Part shown: piece after piece, positions 10,133 through 20,295 of the stretch
How positions within the stretch are numbered: position 1 is the stretch's first letter
Layout of the letters: every line of letters begins with the position of its first letter
Assembly: GCA_050613775.1 (NCBI GenBank)
Contig: JBODTK010000141.1
Coordinates: forward strand, 186,001-250,000
Reading direction: 5' to 3'
Length of the DNA stretch: 64,000 nucleotides
Source: Neocallimastix sp. 'constans'
Lineage: Eukaryota
The notes under the pieces: generated by a model
What the model saw: only the letters and a program-made list of their open reading frames with translations
Databases searched by the model: none
What the model was told of the DNA's origin: nothing
Translations under genes and position numbers: made by a program

Positions 10133-13100
10133 ATTAAATAATTTACAAAATAATACTTTTACCAAGAATACCCCAATTGATAATAATTCCTTTAATAAAG
10201 AATCTGAAGAATCTGATTTTAGTGACACAACTGAAAGTGAGGATAATATCATTATAAATGCTATAAAAAGAAAAATGAATGATAATAACAGCGAAAAGGA
10301 AGAAAATAATTCCAAGAAAGTACATAAAAGTTTAAAAGATAATCCACGTCCTTTCGCAACTCCTGCTTTAAGAAAGAAGAAAGAAAATGAGCTACATAAT
10401 AAACCAAATAAAGTTTATAAAAATCAAATACTTCCTTCAATTTTAACTCAACCAAATATTAACAAAGAAAAACAAAAAGAAAAGGAATTAAGAAATATAA
10501 CAAGAGTAAGAGAAAGTAAAGAAGAAAACAACAATTATTCATCAAAAGGAAAGAAAAAAGTTGAATCTGAAGATATACTTGTAATCGATAATGAAATAGA
10601 AGATATAGAAATGAATAAAGATAATCAACAAAATAAAACTAATACTTTGGAAAAATTAATTTCAACAAAAACTAAAGAAACTAATAATGGAAATACTCAG
10701 TTAGTAAAAAGGAATATCAAAATGATGAATAATAAAGAACCTTACAATATTATGGATGATTTAAATAATCTTAAATCCAGTATTACGATAGGTCAACTCT
10801 TGAATGCATGTCCGAAAATTCGTTCACAATTAACTCAAGGTTTAAAGTTAGAAAAATCTAAAATAATTGGAACTGTAGACAATGTAATAGCACGAACTTT
10901 ATTAGTGAATAACTATGATCATAGCTACATAAGTAAAAGTAATGAGGTAGCCGAAGAAGACTTAGCAATGGTTGATGCAAGTGTTGACGGAGTACTAGGA
11001 AAACTTTTAATTGATTCTTGTAGTAACCTAAGCATCGTTACTAAGCAGTATTTTGATAAATTACCTGGTGAATATGAAACAGTTGGAAAAAGTCGTGGAA
11101 GAATCCAACTAGCAACACAAGATGAAGAATACTCGGAAGGAATTATTGTTCAATTACCAGTAAAAATTAATAATTATGAATTTAATGCGGACTTTAGAAT
11201 TATTGAGAAAGAAGACTCATTTTATGATATGTTAATAAACTTTAAAACTCAAATCGATCATTGTTTATTTATTCATCCGACCTTAAACAGTTTATGTAAA
11301 CTTTTGTCAGAAAGTGAATACGAAGAAATAGCTAAAATAAATAATCAATATTATGATGAAGAAAGTATAATTTGCACTATTAGAAAAGTTAAAGAAACGA
11401 ATAATGAAAAGGAAATTATAAAGGAATTAACTCCAATGGAATTTATTGAGAGTGATGAATTTTTAAGTACCTTAAATAAAGATTATAAAGAACAAATTAT
11501 TAAAATTCTCAAAGAAATGATTGACATAGTTGCCACTTCAACAGAAGAACTAACTCCTTCTAAACTTTCACCACATAAGATCCGTTTGAAAGCAAATGCA
11601 AAGCCAGTAAAATTAAGAAGTTATAGGTTAACTAAATTAAAATCAGATATCTTAAAAGAAGAACTTACAAAGCTTATTAAGAAAGGATTGATAGAACCAT
11701 CCTGTTCAGAATGGTCATCTCCAGTAGTACTCATTCTAAAACACAATGGAAAGTGGCGCTTGTGCATTGACTACCGAAAAGTCAATGATATGACAGAAAA
11801 AGATTCTTATTCAGTTCCATATATAGATGAAATTTTTGATAGTCTCGGAGGAGCTAAAATATTTACAACTCTTGATTTATTTTCTGGTTTTCACCAAATC
11901 TTAATGGATGAAGAAAGCGTTGAAGTAACCACTTTCACTACTAAGTTTGGAAATTATCAATTTAAGGTTATGCCTTTTGGACTTACTGGAGCTCCCTCAA
12001 CCTTCCAAAGAGAAATGAATAAAATTTTATTCCCTTTTATTGGTGAATTTGTTTATGTATTTATTGATGATGTTTTGATCTATTCAAAAAGTATCGAAGA
12101 ACATTTAATTCATATTAAACAAGTATTAGAAGTATTTAAAGAAAACAAGTTAAAAATTAATATTGAAAAGTGCCATTTTCTTCAAACTGAAGTTGATGTA
12201 TTAGGTCACAAACTTACTACTAAAGGATTAAGTCCCATGGAAAGTAAGATAACAGCTATTAAGAAGTGGGAAGCCCCTTCATCACTTCATGAATTAAGAT
12301 CATTTTTAGGAGCAGTGGGATATTATCGTGATTTTATTCCTAAATATGCTCAAATTACCTCACCTTTATGTAAATTATTGAAAAAGAATACCAAATATGA
12401 ATGGAATAAAGAACAACAAGAAAGCTTTGAACTCCTAAAAGAAAAATTAATCAATGCACCTATTCTAAAATTTCCGTCATTTGACAAACCTTTTATCATT
12501 AGAACTGATGCTTCGTATAATGGAATTGGTGGAGTTCTTTTACAAAAAGAAGAAGAAACCGGTAAGGAGCATCCAATACACTTTATAAGTAGAAGTTTAA
12601 AGAAAGCTGAAAAGAATTATGGTATTACCGATTTAGAAGGAACCGCTTTGTTTTACTGTATGACTAAATTTAAATCTTATATTGAAGGAAATCCATTACC
12701 TACAACTATTTACACAGATCATAAACCATTAGTTGGTTTATTTAAGAATAAAGAACCTTTGAATGCAAGGCAAACAAGATGGTGTCTAACCGCTAGTATG
12801 CTCGGAATTAATATAAAATATGAATCAGGCAAAAAGAATGTGTTAGCTGATGCTCTTTCAAGAATGAAAAGTAAGGAAGAGAGAAAGATATTATTAACAA
12901 AAATTACTAATGGAAATAATGAAGAATTATTATCTAAAGTTATAAAGGAATTTATTAATGAAAAGTTTACTGTTATTGATGGTGAAGATTATTTTATCGA
13001 CAATGGAAATTATAGAAAATTAATAACGGACGAAAATGAAAGGTTTAAATTAATTTTAGAAGCTCATAATATTGGCCACGAAGGATATTACAAAACATAT

Positions 13101-14090
13101 CAAAGACTTAAGAAAAACTTTTATTGGAATCATATGATTAAAGATATCAAAAGAATTGTTAGTAATTGTGAAAAATGCCAGTTAAATCGTCCTCAACCAT
13201 ATCCAGAACCAACCGAAAACCATCCAACTAAAGTGGAGGGTCCCTTTGTGCATTTAGGATTAGATATTATAGGACCGTTACCAAAAACAAGAAATAATAA
13301 TCAATATATTATAGTAACTGTTGATTACTTTACCAAATGGGTTGAAGCCGAACCCACTGAAAACATAACTTCCTCTGATATAATTAAATTTTTAATAAAC
13401 GTTTTTGCAAGACATGGTGTGCCTCAAGTTATTACTACAGATAATGGAGTCCAATTCACTTCTGATATGACTAAAATCTTTCTTGATCTTTATGATGTTT
13501 ATGTAAAATTCATAGCTACCTATCACCCTGAATCCAATGGTCTCACTGAAAACCGAAATAAAGAAATTGGAAAATTACTTCGTTTATTAGGAAGGAAAAA
13601 TCAAGATTGGGATGAAGTTTTACCTTCTGCTTTATGGGCACTTCGAACTACCAAAAACACAGCTACCGGACATTCTAGTTTTGAATTAGTATATGGAAGA
13701 GAAGACCAACAGCCTTATGATATAGCCATAAGAACAATTGAAAATGCAGGTAAATCGTATGATGAAATTTTAATGGAAAAATTTGTTCGTCATTATCAAT
13801 GGACTAGAGAAGCATGCGAAAATGTGAAGAATGCTAACAAGTATTGGGCAACAAGACGAGAAGAACAAATAAGTATGAAAAAAGGAAAAGAATTAAAAGC
13901 TGGTGATCTTGTTCTTGTTAGAAACTTTAGCCGCACTAAGCTAGAACCATATTACAATGGACCATTTAAAATTTTAAAAATTCAATTCAACACGGCAACC
14001 TTAATCGATCAGAAAACTGGGAAACAACTCGATAGGAATGTTCATTTTAAAAATTTAGTAAAGTTTAACTCCGCTTACAGAGAAGCTTGA
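10080..14090 (+). CDS. pol: G1 Pol (PR-RT-RNase H-IN), entered by -1 frameshift; first ATG at 10275
   Basis: LIDSCSN protease, WRLCIDYR, LDLFSGFHQI, MPFGL, FIDD, RTDAS, TDHKPL, NVLADALSR, HHCC (HNIGH..CEKC), rve core, GPF motif. No chromodomain. Confidence 0.96.
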   Translation, partial: FKLLNGSRSTPNDKTIASLNNLQNNTFTKNTPIDNNSFNKESEESDFSDTTESEDNIIINAIKRKMNDNNSEKEENNSKKVHKSLKDNPRPFATPALRKKKENELHNKPNKVYKNQILPSILTQPNINKEKQKEKELRNITRVRESKEENNNYSSKGKKKVESEDILVIDNEIEDIEMNKDNQQNKTNTLEKLISTKTKETNNGNTQLVKRNIKMMNNKEPYNIMDDLNNLKSSITIGQLLNACPKIRSQLTQGLKLEKSKIIGTVDNVIARTLLVNNYDHSYISKSNEVAEEDLAMVDASVDGVLGKLLIDSCSNLSIVTKQYFDKLPGEYETVGKSRGRIQLATQDEEYSEGIIVQLPVKINNYEFNADFRIIEKEDSFYDMLINFKTQIDHCLFIHPTLNSLCKLLSESEYEEIAKINNQYYDEESIICTIRKVKETNNEKEIIKELTPMEFIESDEFLSTLNKDYKEQIIKILKEMIDIVATSTEELTPSKLSPHKIRLKANAKPVKLRSYRLTKLKSDILKEELTKLIKKGLIEPSCSEWSSPVVLILKHNGKWRLCIDYRKVNDMTEKDSYSVPYIDEIFDSLGGAKIFTTLDLFSGFHQILMDEESVEVTTFTTKFGNYQFKVMPFGLTGAPSTFQREMNKILFPFIGEFVYVFIDDVLIYSKSIEEHLIHIKQVLEVFKENKLKINIEKCHFLQTEVDVLGHKLTTKGLSPMESKITAIKKWEAPSSLHELRSFLGAVGYYRDFIPKYAQITSPLCKLLKKNTKYEWNKEQQESFELLKEKLINAPILKFPSFDKPFIIRTDASYNGIGGVLLQKEEETGKEHPIHFISRSLKKAEKNYGITDLEGTALFYCMTKFKSYIEGNPLPTTIYTDHKPLVGLFKNKEPLNARQTRWCLTASMLGINIKYESGKKNVLADALSRMKSKEERKILLTKITNGNNEELLSKVIKEFINEKFTVIDGEDYFIDNGNYRKLITDENERFKLILEAHNIGHEGYYKTYQRLKKNFYWNHMIKDIKRIVSNCEKCQLNRPQPYPEPTENHPTKVEGPFVHLGLDIIGPLPKTRNNNQYIIVTVDYFTKWVEAEPTENITSSDIIKFLINVFARHGVPQVITTDNGVQFTSDMTKIFLDLYDVYVKFIATYHPESNGLTENRNKEIGKLLRLLGRKNQDWDEVLPSALWALRTTKNTATGHSSFELVYGREDQQPYDIAIRTIENAGKSYDEILMEKFVRHYQWTREACENVKNANKYWATRREEQISMKKGKELKAGDLVLVRNFSRTKLEPYYNGPFKILKIQFNTATLIDQKTGKQLDRNVHFKNLVKFNSAYREA

Positions 14091-14108
14091 GTCTTCGTCG
14101 GGGCATCT

Positions 14109-14595
14109 TGATAAGAATGTACTAAATAATGCATTCTTAATTAAATCTACGATTTATTTCTAATACATTATGTGTACATTATTATTTTTGTACTTTAATA
14201 AATTTTTAAATTCAAAGATTAAAAATTAGATCAAAAATTATATTAAACTTTATAATTTTTATATTAAATCTTATATTAATAGTAATATTTTTATATATTT
14301 AAAACTTATATTAACAATATTAATAATAAATCTTATTTTTTTATTTTTATATTAATAATGAAAATTTGTATTAATAATATTTTTATATATTGATAATTAA
14401 AAATTTATATATTATATTTTAACTTTTATTATAAAATTTTATATCGAAATGTTTTATTTTATATTGAAAAATATTTTATTTTATTAAAAACCTTTATATT
14501 AGAATAGTATTTTTATTTTTATTTGAATATTTTAACAGATTGTAATAAAAATTTTAGCCAATTAAATAAATTCTTATTAGTAATATTTTAGATAG

Positions 14596-14644
<49 letters not shown>

Positions 14645-14969
14645 TATTAATATTATAAATGTATTTTATTTATATTGTTATAATTAAATTTTATATAATT
14701 GATTATAAAAATCAATTTAAATTTAATAGTTTTTATATATAAAAAGAAAAATAATAATAAAATGTAATTTAGTGGCAAGAACAACTTTTATGCCTTGAAA
14801 AAAAAAGTATAAATAGTTGTAAATTTTGCTACTAATTTTTAAATATCATCAAATAAAATAAAATAAAATAAAATAAAATCAAATAAATTTATAAATAAAA
14901 ATAATAAATAAATAAATAAAATTTGTGTTTCCTTACTTTATTTTTATTTAATTCTCTAAAACCTTAACA
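14109..14969 (+). repeat. 3' LTR of G1
   Basis: Direct repeat of 6932-7792, followed by TSD TTTA. Confidence 0.96.
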
Positions 14970-15059
14970 TTTAATTATTTGTTTTAAAACTTTATTGAAA
15001 AATAATACTAAATATTAAAATAATAAAATAATTGTAATTATTAATTTTGTTATAGTAAT

Positions 15060-16411
15060 TTGAATTACATAGACTTCCAATGAATAATAAGCTCCTTTTA
15101 AATTCTGGAATATATAGTACATCTTTAAATTTTATTTTATTTTCATTAATATAACCTATGAATGTACCTATATATTTTGATTCAACAAAACTGCCATCCG
15201 CAAAATATACTCTTTCTTTATGCTTTTGAATATCACTAAGGCAGTCTAAGTTGTGTGTCATATTGTAGGAGGCTCCAAAATCTAAGGTCCATTGAATAAT
15301 TATATTATTATTTATATTGGTGTTATTTTCTTCTTCATTGCTATCAGATCTATAATATTCTTTATCTAAGCTTGGTAGTATTTTTTCTTTTATAGTGCCT
15401 CGGCTTGTTGTTAATCAAAGCACTATTAGCAACGTTATTCTTGATTATTAAAGTCTTCATTTAACGCATTGCTTATAAAAGCATCTTGGTAGTCGTAATC
15501 TTTTATTCCCGAACTGTTCGCCTCAACATTATTTGAATGATTTTGTTTATGTTTATTTTTATATTTATTTTTATTTTTATTTTTATTTTTTTTTTTTTGA
15601 ATTTGCATGTATCAGCCTTGTGTCCTAATTTATGGCAAATGTAACATCTTGGAACCCTTTTCTTATTTTTGTATTCTTTATTGTAATTCTGATTACTAGT
15701 GGTTCCATTGGAATTGGAATATAAACTGACTGATTTTATTTCTTGGTTTTGTTTATTTGGATTCCCTTAACTCCTTTAGACGATTTATTGTTTTTATTGC
15801 CGATTCAGAGCATTCATTCCAATTGTTTTCATAAACTAATATTCTAGTTCTTATTGCTAAATGAGTTGGTATTTAATTATAAAGATAATTAATCTTATCC
15901 CTATTTGATATACATTTGCCTAGGCTGGATAATTCATTAAATATTTTATTCATGTAGGATACATACATTGAAATTGAGGTTTTATTTTCATCAAAATAAT
16001 TTATTTAATTCATTTTTCTAAATATTCTATTCTTTGTTGTTTTGAAAATGAATTAGTTTCTTCAACGGTTTTAAATATTTTGTATGGGTTATTATAGATG
16101 AAATCTAAATTTTTCTTAATTTCATCTGAGATACTATTATTGATTATTATTTTAGTATCATTATCCTTATCAATCATATCTTCTGTAACGTTTTTATCAT
16201 ATACATAATCTCTATCAAATTCAAAAGTTTTATAATCTTTTGATTCTCCTTTAATTGATGATTTGAGAATTATTTTTACTTCATCAGTATTAATATATTT
16301 ATATAGCTTATGTTTAGCTAACAGTAAAAATAATTCTGTTCTCCATATTAAATAATTTTCATCATTTAATATGGTTTTAGTACTAATATTTTCAATAATT
16401 TCTTTTGACAT
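15060..16411 (-). pseudogene. copia C1 gag-protease, frameshifted
   Basis: LNDENYLIWR gag N-terminus (16010-16411), knuckle CYICHKLGHKADTC near 15605-15648, and protease WTLDFGASYNMT..VYFADGS..VLYIPEFKRSLL. Confidence 0.88.
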
Positions 16412-16553
16412 AATAAAAATTATTTGTTTAGATTTATAAGATATTTTAAAATTTTAAATATCAATTTTTAGATGTTAAATATTAATTTTTAAAAATTCAA
16501 AATTTAAAAACAACACCTATAAATTATAATCTTTTAAAATGTATCAGTATTCC

Positions 16554-16568
16554 TGAGACTCTTAATCT
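16554..16568 (-). promoter_or_regulatory. PBS of C1, complementary to the tRNA-Lys(CUU) anticodon arm
   Basis: The plus strand reads TGAGACTCTTAATCT, matching the common eukaryotic tRNA-Lys(CTT) anticodon stem-loop. It abuts the LTR. Confidence 0.85.
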
Positions 16569-16902
16569 TTTAATACACTGCTTAAATTGATCAATTTCAA
16601 TTTTATTCTTTAATAATTCCTTTTATTTTTATTTAATAAGAATGATATATTAAAAATATCTTTTTAGTTAAATTACATGTATTAATGTAAGATATAATTT
16701 AGTGTTACATTATATTAACGTATTTCGTTATTACTAAACGCCACATTATATGCTATACTATTACATTAATTATAAATTATACTAATATTAATTATATATT
16801 TATAATTTTATATAAAATAAATATTAAATATATTTATATTATTTATTTATAATTTATTATTTATATTTTATTATTTAATAATATTAAACTTTATTTCTAA
16901 CA
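16568..16902 (-). repeat. 5' LTR of copia C1
   Basis: Direct repeat of 1289-1623. Confidence 0.93.
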
Positions 16903-17062
16903 TTACTTTATTATTATTTTATTTTAATTATTTTTATTTAATTAAATTTTTTTTAATATGGATTTAATTTTTTTTTTAGAATGGATTAATTTTTGGGTTA
17001 AGTTAGACAAGAATTTGTTCTTTATTATTTATTTTAATTTAATAATTTTGTTATTTATCAAA

Positions 17063-17534
17063 TGTAAGAAATTTAGATAAATTTATTATAAAATTTATCT
17101 ATCTTTCTTATTTAATACATTAATTTAATACATTAAACTATTGTATTTATTTTAACCAATAATATTTAATTATTAATTTATATATATTTGATTCTCTTGA
17201 GTTCTCTTCGAGAAATCAAGTTATTATTTTAGAATTTTTATAATAAATAATAATTCATATAAAATAATTAATTAATAAACAAAACCCTTTTTAATAAAAC
17301 ATATTTTATAAATATTTGTGTCTTTTATTCCTTTTGTGTTATTATTTATTATAAACTTTCTATAATAAACTCTATCTTATATTTAAGTTAAGTATAATTA
17401 TTTATTTATATTATTTTATATTTATTTAATTATATTTAATTTTATTTTCTCAAATTAATGTTAATTAGTAATAATTAATGTTAATTTGTAGTTAAGAAAT
17501 TATTTATAATTAATTTTATAAGTAATTTCTTACA
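17063..17534 (+). mobile_element. Solo LTR (472 bp)
   Basis: TGTAAGAAATT...AATTTCTTACA (11-bp inverted repeat), TSD TCAAA on both sides, and internal similarity to the LTR starting at 18801. Confidence 0.82.
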
Positions 17535-18332
17535 TCAAATGGTACAAGATCTGAAGATTTTATTAATAAAATAATATATTATAATAATAAGGAAAAATTT
17601 AAAATAATATTCTCTAATTCTAAACCTAAATTAATTAATAAACTATTCTAATTTTAGTCTAAAATATCCTAATCTAAAAGAATCTAAACTAAATTAAAAT
17701 AACTTAAACTAATATCCTAATCTAAACTATTCTAAATCTATTACTATTTCTATAAAATGTTTAATACAACTAATCTATTACTAAACTAATTTTATACTAT
17801 ACTATCTTAATATTATACACTAAATACAAAAACTATTAATTAAACACTTTTAAAACACTAAATTTAGAAAAAACTATTTAATAAATATTAATTTATTTTA
17901 AACTATTTAATTTATTATTTAACTTTTAGAAAATATTAAAAAAATAATATAATAATAAAGTCGTAAGAAAAAAAGGGAGAGAACAAAAGTATTGTGTTAC
18001 TTTGTTCTTTTTTATACTAATAAAATATTTATTTGATTGGATTAAAAATAAAAATAAAAATTTAATAATAAAAATATAATAATAAAAATATAATAAACTT
18101 AAATTTTCTAAATTATTAAAATATTATATAAAAATTTTACAATATTAAATAATATAATTAATACATGATTTTTCAATACATCTATTTTTATTTAACTTTA
18201 TAATATTCTATAACTAATATTTTAATATTCAATTTTTTTTATATTTATTTATAATTGTTAATAATATTTTTTACTTTAATATTTTCTTTAAATAGTTTAA
18301 TTTTTCTTTATTTAAATGTACCGTAACACAAA

Positions 18333-18796
18333 TGATACGATATTTTATTTATGTATCTAAATTAATATTTATTTATGGGCAATGACAATAAGGAATTATG
18401 ACAAAATAATATATTCTAATATTAAATAGAAATAACACATACAATAATACAAAATAAAGTAATAAATATATCTTTTTAATGTACTCTTTATTTATTATTA
18501 ATTATTAATTATTACATCAATTATTATTATTACTCTCTTATATAAATATTATAATTAATTATCTCAAATATATATAATATCTCTTTTTAACTATACTAAA
18601 ATAAAACATAAAAATAGCTATTTATGTGAATTAATTTATCATAAGTATAAACTTATAAATAAAAGAATTCTCCGTTTAATAATTATTATTATAAAATTAT
18701 ATATTGTTATAAAATTATTGCTGACCAATAATATTTAAGTATTTCTTTAACCTAAAGAATCTACCTAAATATCATATTTATAGTGGTTACGTATCA
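18333..18796. mobile_element. Solo LTR (464 bp)
   Basis: TGATACG...CGTATCA (7-bp inverted repeat) flanked by CAAA on both sides. Confidence 0.7.
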
Positions 18797-18800
18797 CAAA

Positions 18801-19725
18801 TGTAAGAATCTATAATTATTTTTAAATAAAATAATTATATTTTCTTAGTTAAGTTATAATTATAACTTTATTTAATTATATAATATTTATTCATTTAAAT
18901 ATTATTAATAATTTATTAAACTCAATATTAAATATTCATTAATTTAATACAACAAATTTATTTAATTAATTATTATTTATACATTTATAAATAATTATAG
19001 TTTATTTAATTATACATTTAATTATTAAATTTATCTTAGTTTATTTATTTAATTAAATTGTAAACAAATATATTATGTATTCTAATATGTACTTAATAAT
19101 GTATTCTGTATTTTGTTTATTAATATCATTATTATATTATTTTCCTTATTTATAAATTTATGATTTTATGGTCGAAATATCTTTTATTATTTTATTCTTT
19201 TATTTTCGATCAATTAAATTAGATTAGTTAATCGGTCAATTAGGGTTTTTCCCAATCACTTTTTAAAAGTAATTGGTTTTACCTAATTGATACGATGATC
19301 GATATGGATAGAATATCGATCAAAAATCTTATCTAGGTTTTTCTCTCTAATCTTTTCCTAGATAAGAGATTTGTTAAGATTAGAAAATATTTTTTAATTT
19401 AACAAAAAAAGTATAAATAAGGCTCTTGAATTCTCTTTGAGAAATCAAGAGTTATTATTATAACAATTATAATATAGTAATAACATTAATAAATATTTTA
19501 TATTTCAATTTTAATAAAGTAAGTTTTAATAAAAAACAAATTTAAAAATAAAATAAAATAATCTTTTCTCTTTGACAATTCTGTGTTATTAGTTTATTAT
19601 AATTAGTTATAATAAACTCTTTCTTATAGAAGATAAGTATATTTATCTTTTTTGTTTTCTCAATTTAATAATAATTATTATTTAGTTATTATTAAGTTGT
19701 AGTTAATTTTAATTGCTATATTCTT
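18801..19725 (+). mobile_element. LTR-like sequence related to 17063-17534; right end uncertain
   Basis: Starts TGTAAGAA. TATA box at ~19412. Shares CTCTTGA.TTCTCTT.GAGAAATCAAG, TATAATAAACTCT and TTTTCTCAA blocks with the 17063 LTR. No clean CA end or TSD found. Confidence 0.55.
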
Positions 19726-20245
19726 CTTTAAGAAAGAATTAAATAAATAATAAATCAATTTAAAAAATAATTGTAAAAAAGTAAACAAATTTAAGAAGTT
19801 AATATTTGAGTATAGACAGTGTCGGCTTGCCAAATATTAATTTCATAAGCTCTTATTTACTATTTTGCAAAAATTTTGTAGATAGTAAACGCGAGTATCT
19901 CAAAGGACCCAACCTTTGAAAAATAGGTAATTACGACCTAGAACTATAAAACCTTCAACACTTGAGGGTAACTACACACTTCAACAGGTGATAGTTTGTT
20001 CACTCGCGCATAAAATAAGAGGTAGGTCAGGTTCGATCCCTGATAAAACCCTTGTCATTCTTGCGAAGTGACGTTAAAATTATATAGTTTTTATCTTTTA
20101 TTTTAGGCTTTTATAAATTTGTTCGCCTACTTGTTATAAGTAACAGAATTTGTTTTTTTTTGTGTTGTGATTATATTCTAGTTACTTAATTTTTATTCTT
20201 GTAAAAAAAAAAATTGATTTATTATTATCACTTTCTAATATAAAA

Positions 20246-20292
<47 letters not shown>

Positions 20293-20295
20293 AAG

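Larger units (their letters stand above)
6932..14969 (+). mobile_element. Full-length Ty3/gypsy LTR retrotransposon (element G1), non-chromovirus, apparently intact
   Basis: 861-bp TG...CA LTRs at 6932-7792 and 14109-14969 with no differences seen, including a 40-nt poly-A in both. 4-bp TSD TTTA, a PBS, and uninterrupted gag and pol ORFs. Confidence 0.97.
6378..15054 (-). mobile_element. Solo LTR-like insertion B (~635 bp net; 6378-6931 plus 14974-15054), itself split by the gypsy element
   Basis: Termini TATAACAAAAT...ATTTTGTTATA (11-bp inverted repeat). Perfect TSD GTAAT (6373-6377, 15055-15059). Removal restores the copia frame GSLCNSNYKIIFYRK. Shares TATAAATATGAGTAAA and a hairpin module with the LTR at 23388. 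Confidence 0.82.
1289..16902 (-). mobile_element. Ty1/copia LTR retrotransposon (element C1), decayed, interrupted by nested insertions
   Basis: Two 335-bp LTRs (1289-1623, 16568-16902) differ by about 2 substitutions and 2 single-base indels. PPT AGGAGGAA abuts the 3' LTR, the PBS abuts the 5' LTR, domain order is gag-PR-IN-RT-RH, and the flanks TTAAT/TTACT look like a 5-bp TSD with 1 mismatch. Confidence 0.93.

Noticed and set aside
16554..16568. tRNA-Lys gene at the three PBS sites
   Set aside because: The match is limited to 15-16 nt directly abutting LTRs; the flanks are not tRNA.
17995..18328. Possible LTR TGTTAC...GTAACA after a purine tract, forming a TRIM with the TGG site at 17540
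   Set aside because: No matching partner LTR and no TSD were found, so it was left unannotated.
20013..20050. tRNA gene around GGTTCGATCCC
   Set aside because: Only a T-arm is present; no D-arm, anticodon arm or acceptor stem could be built.
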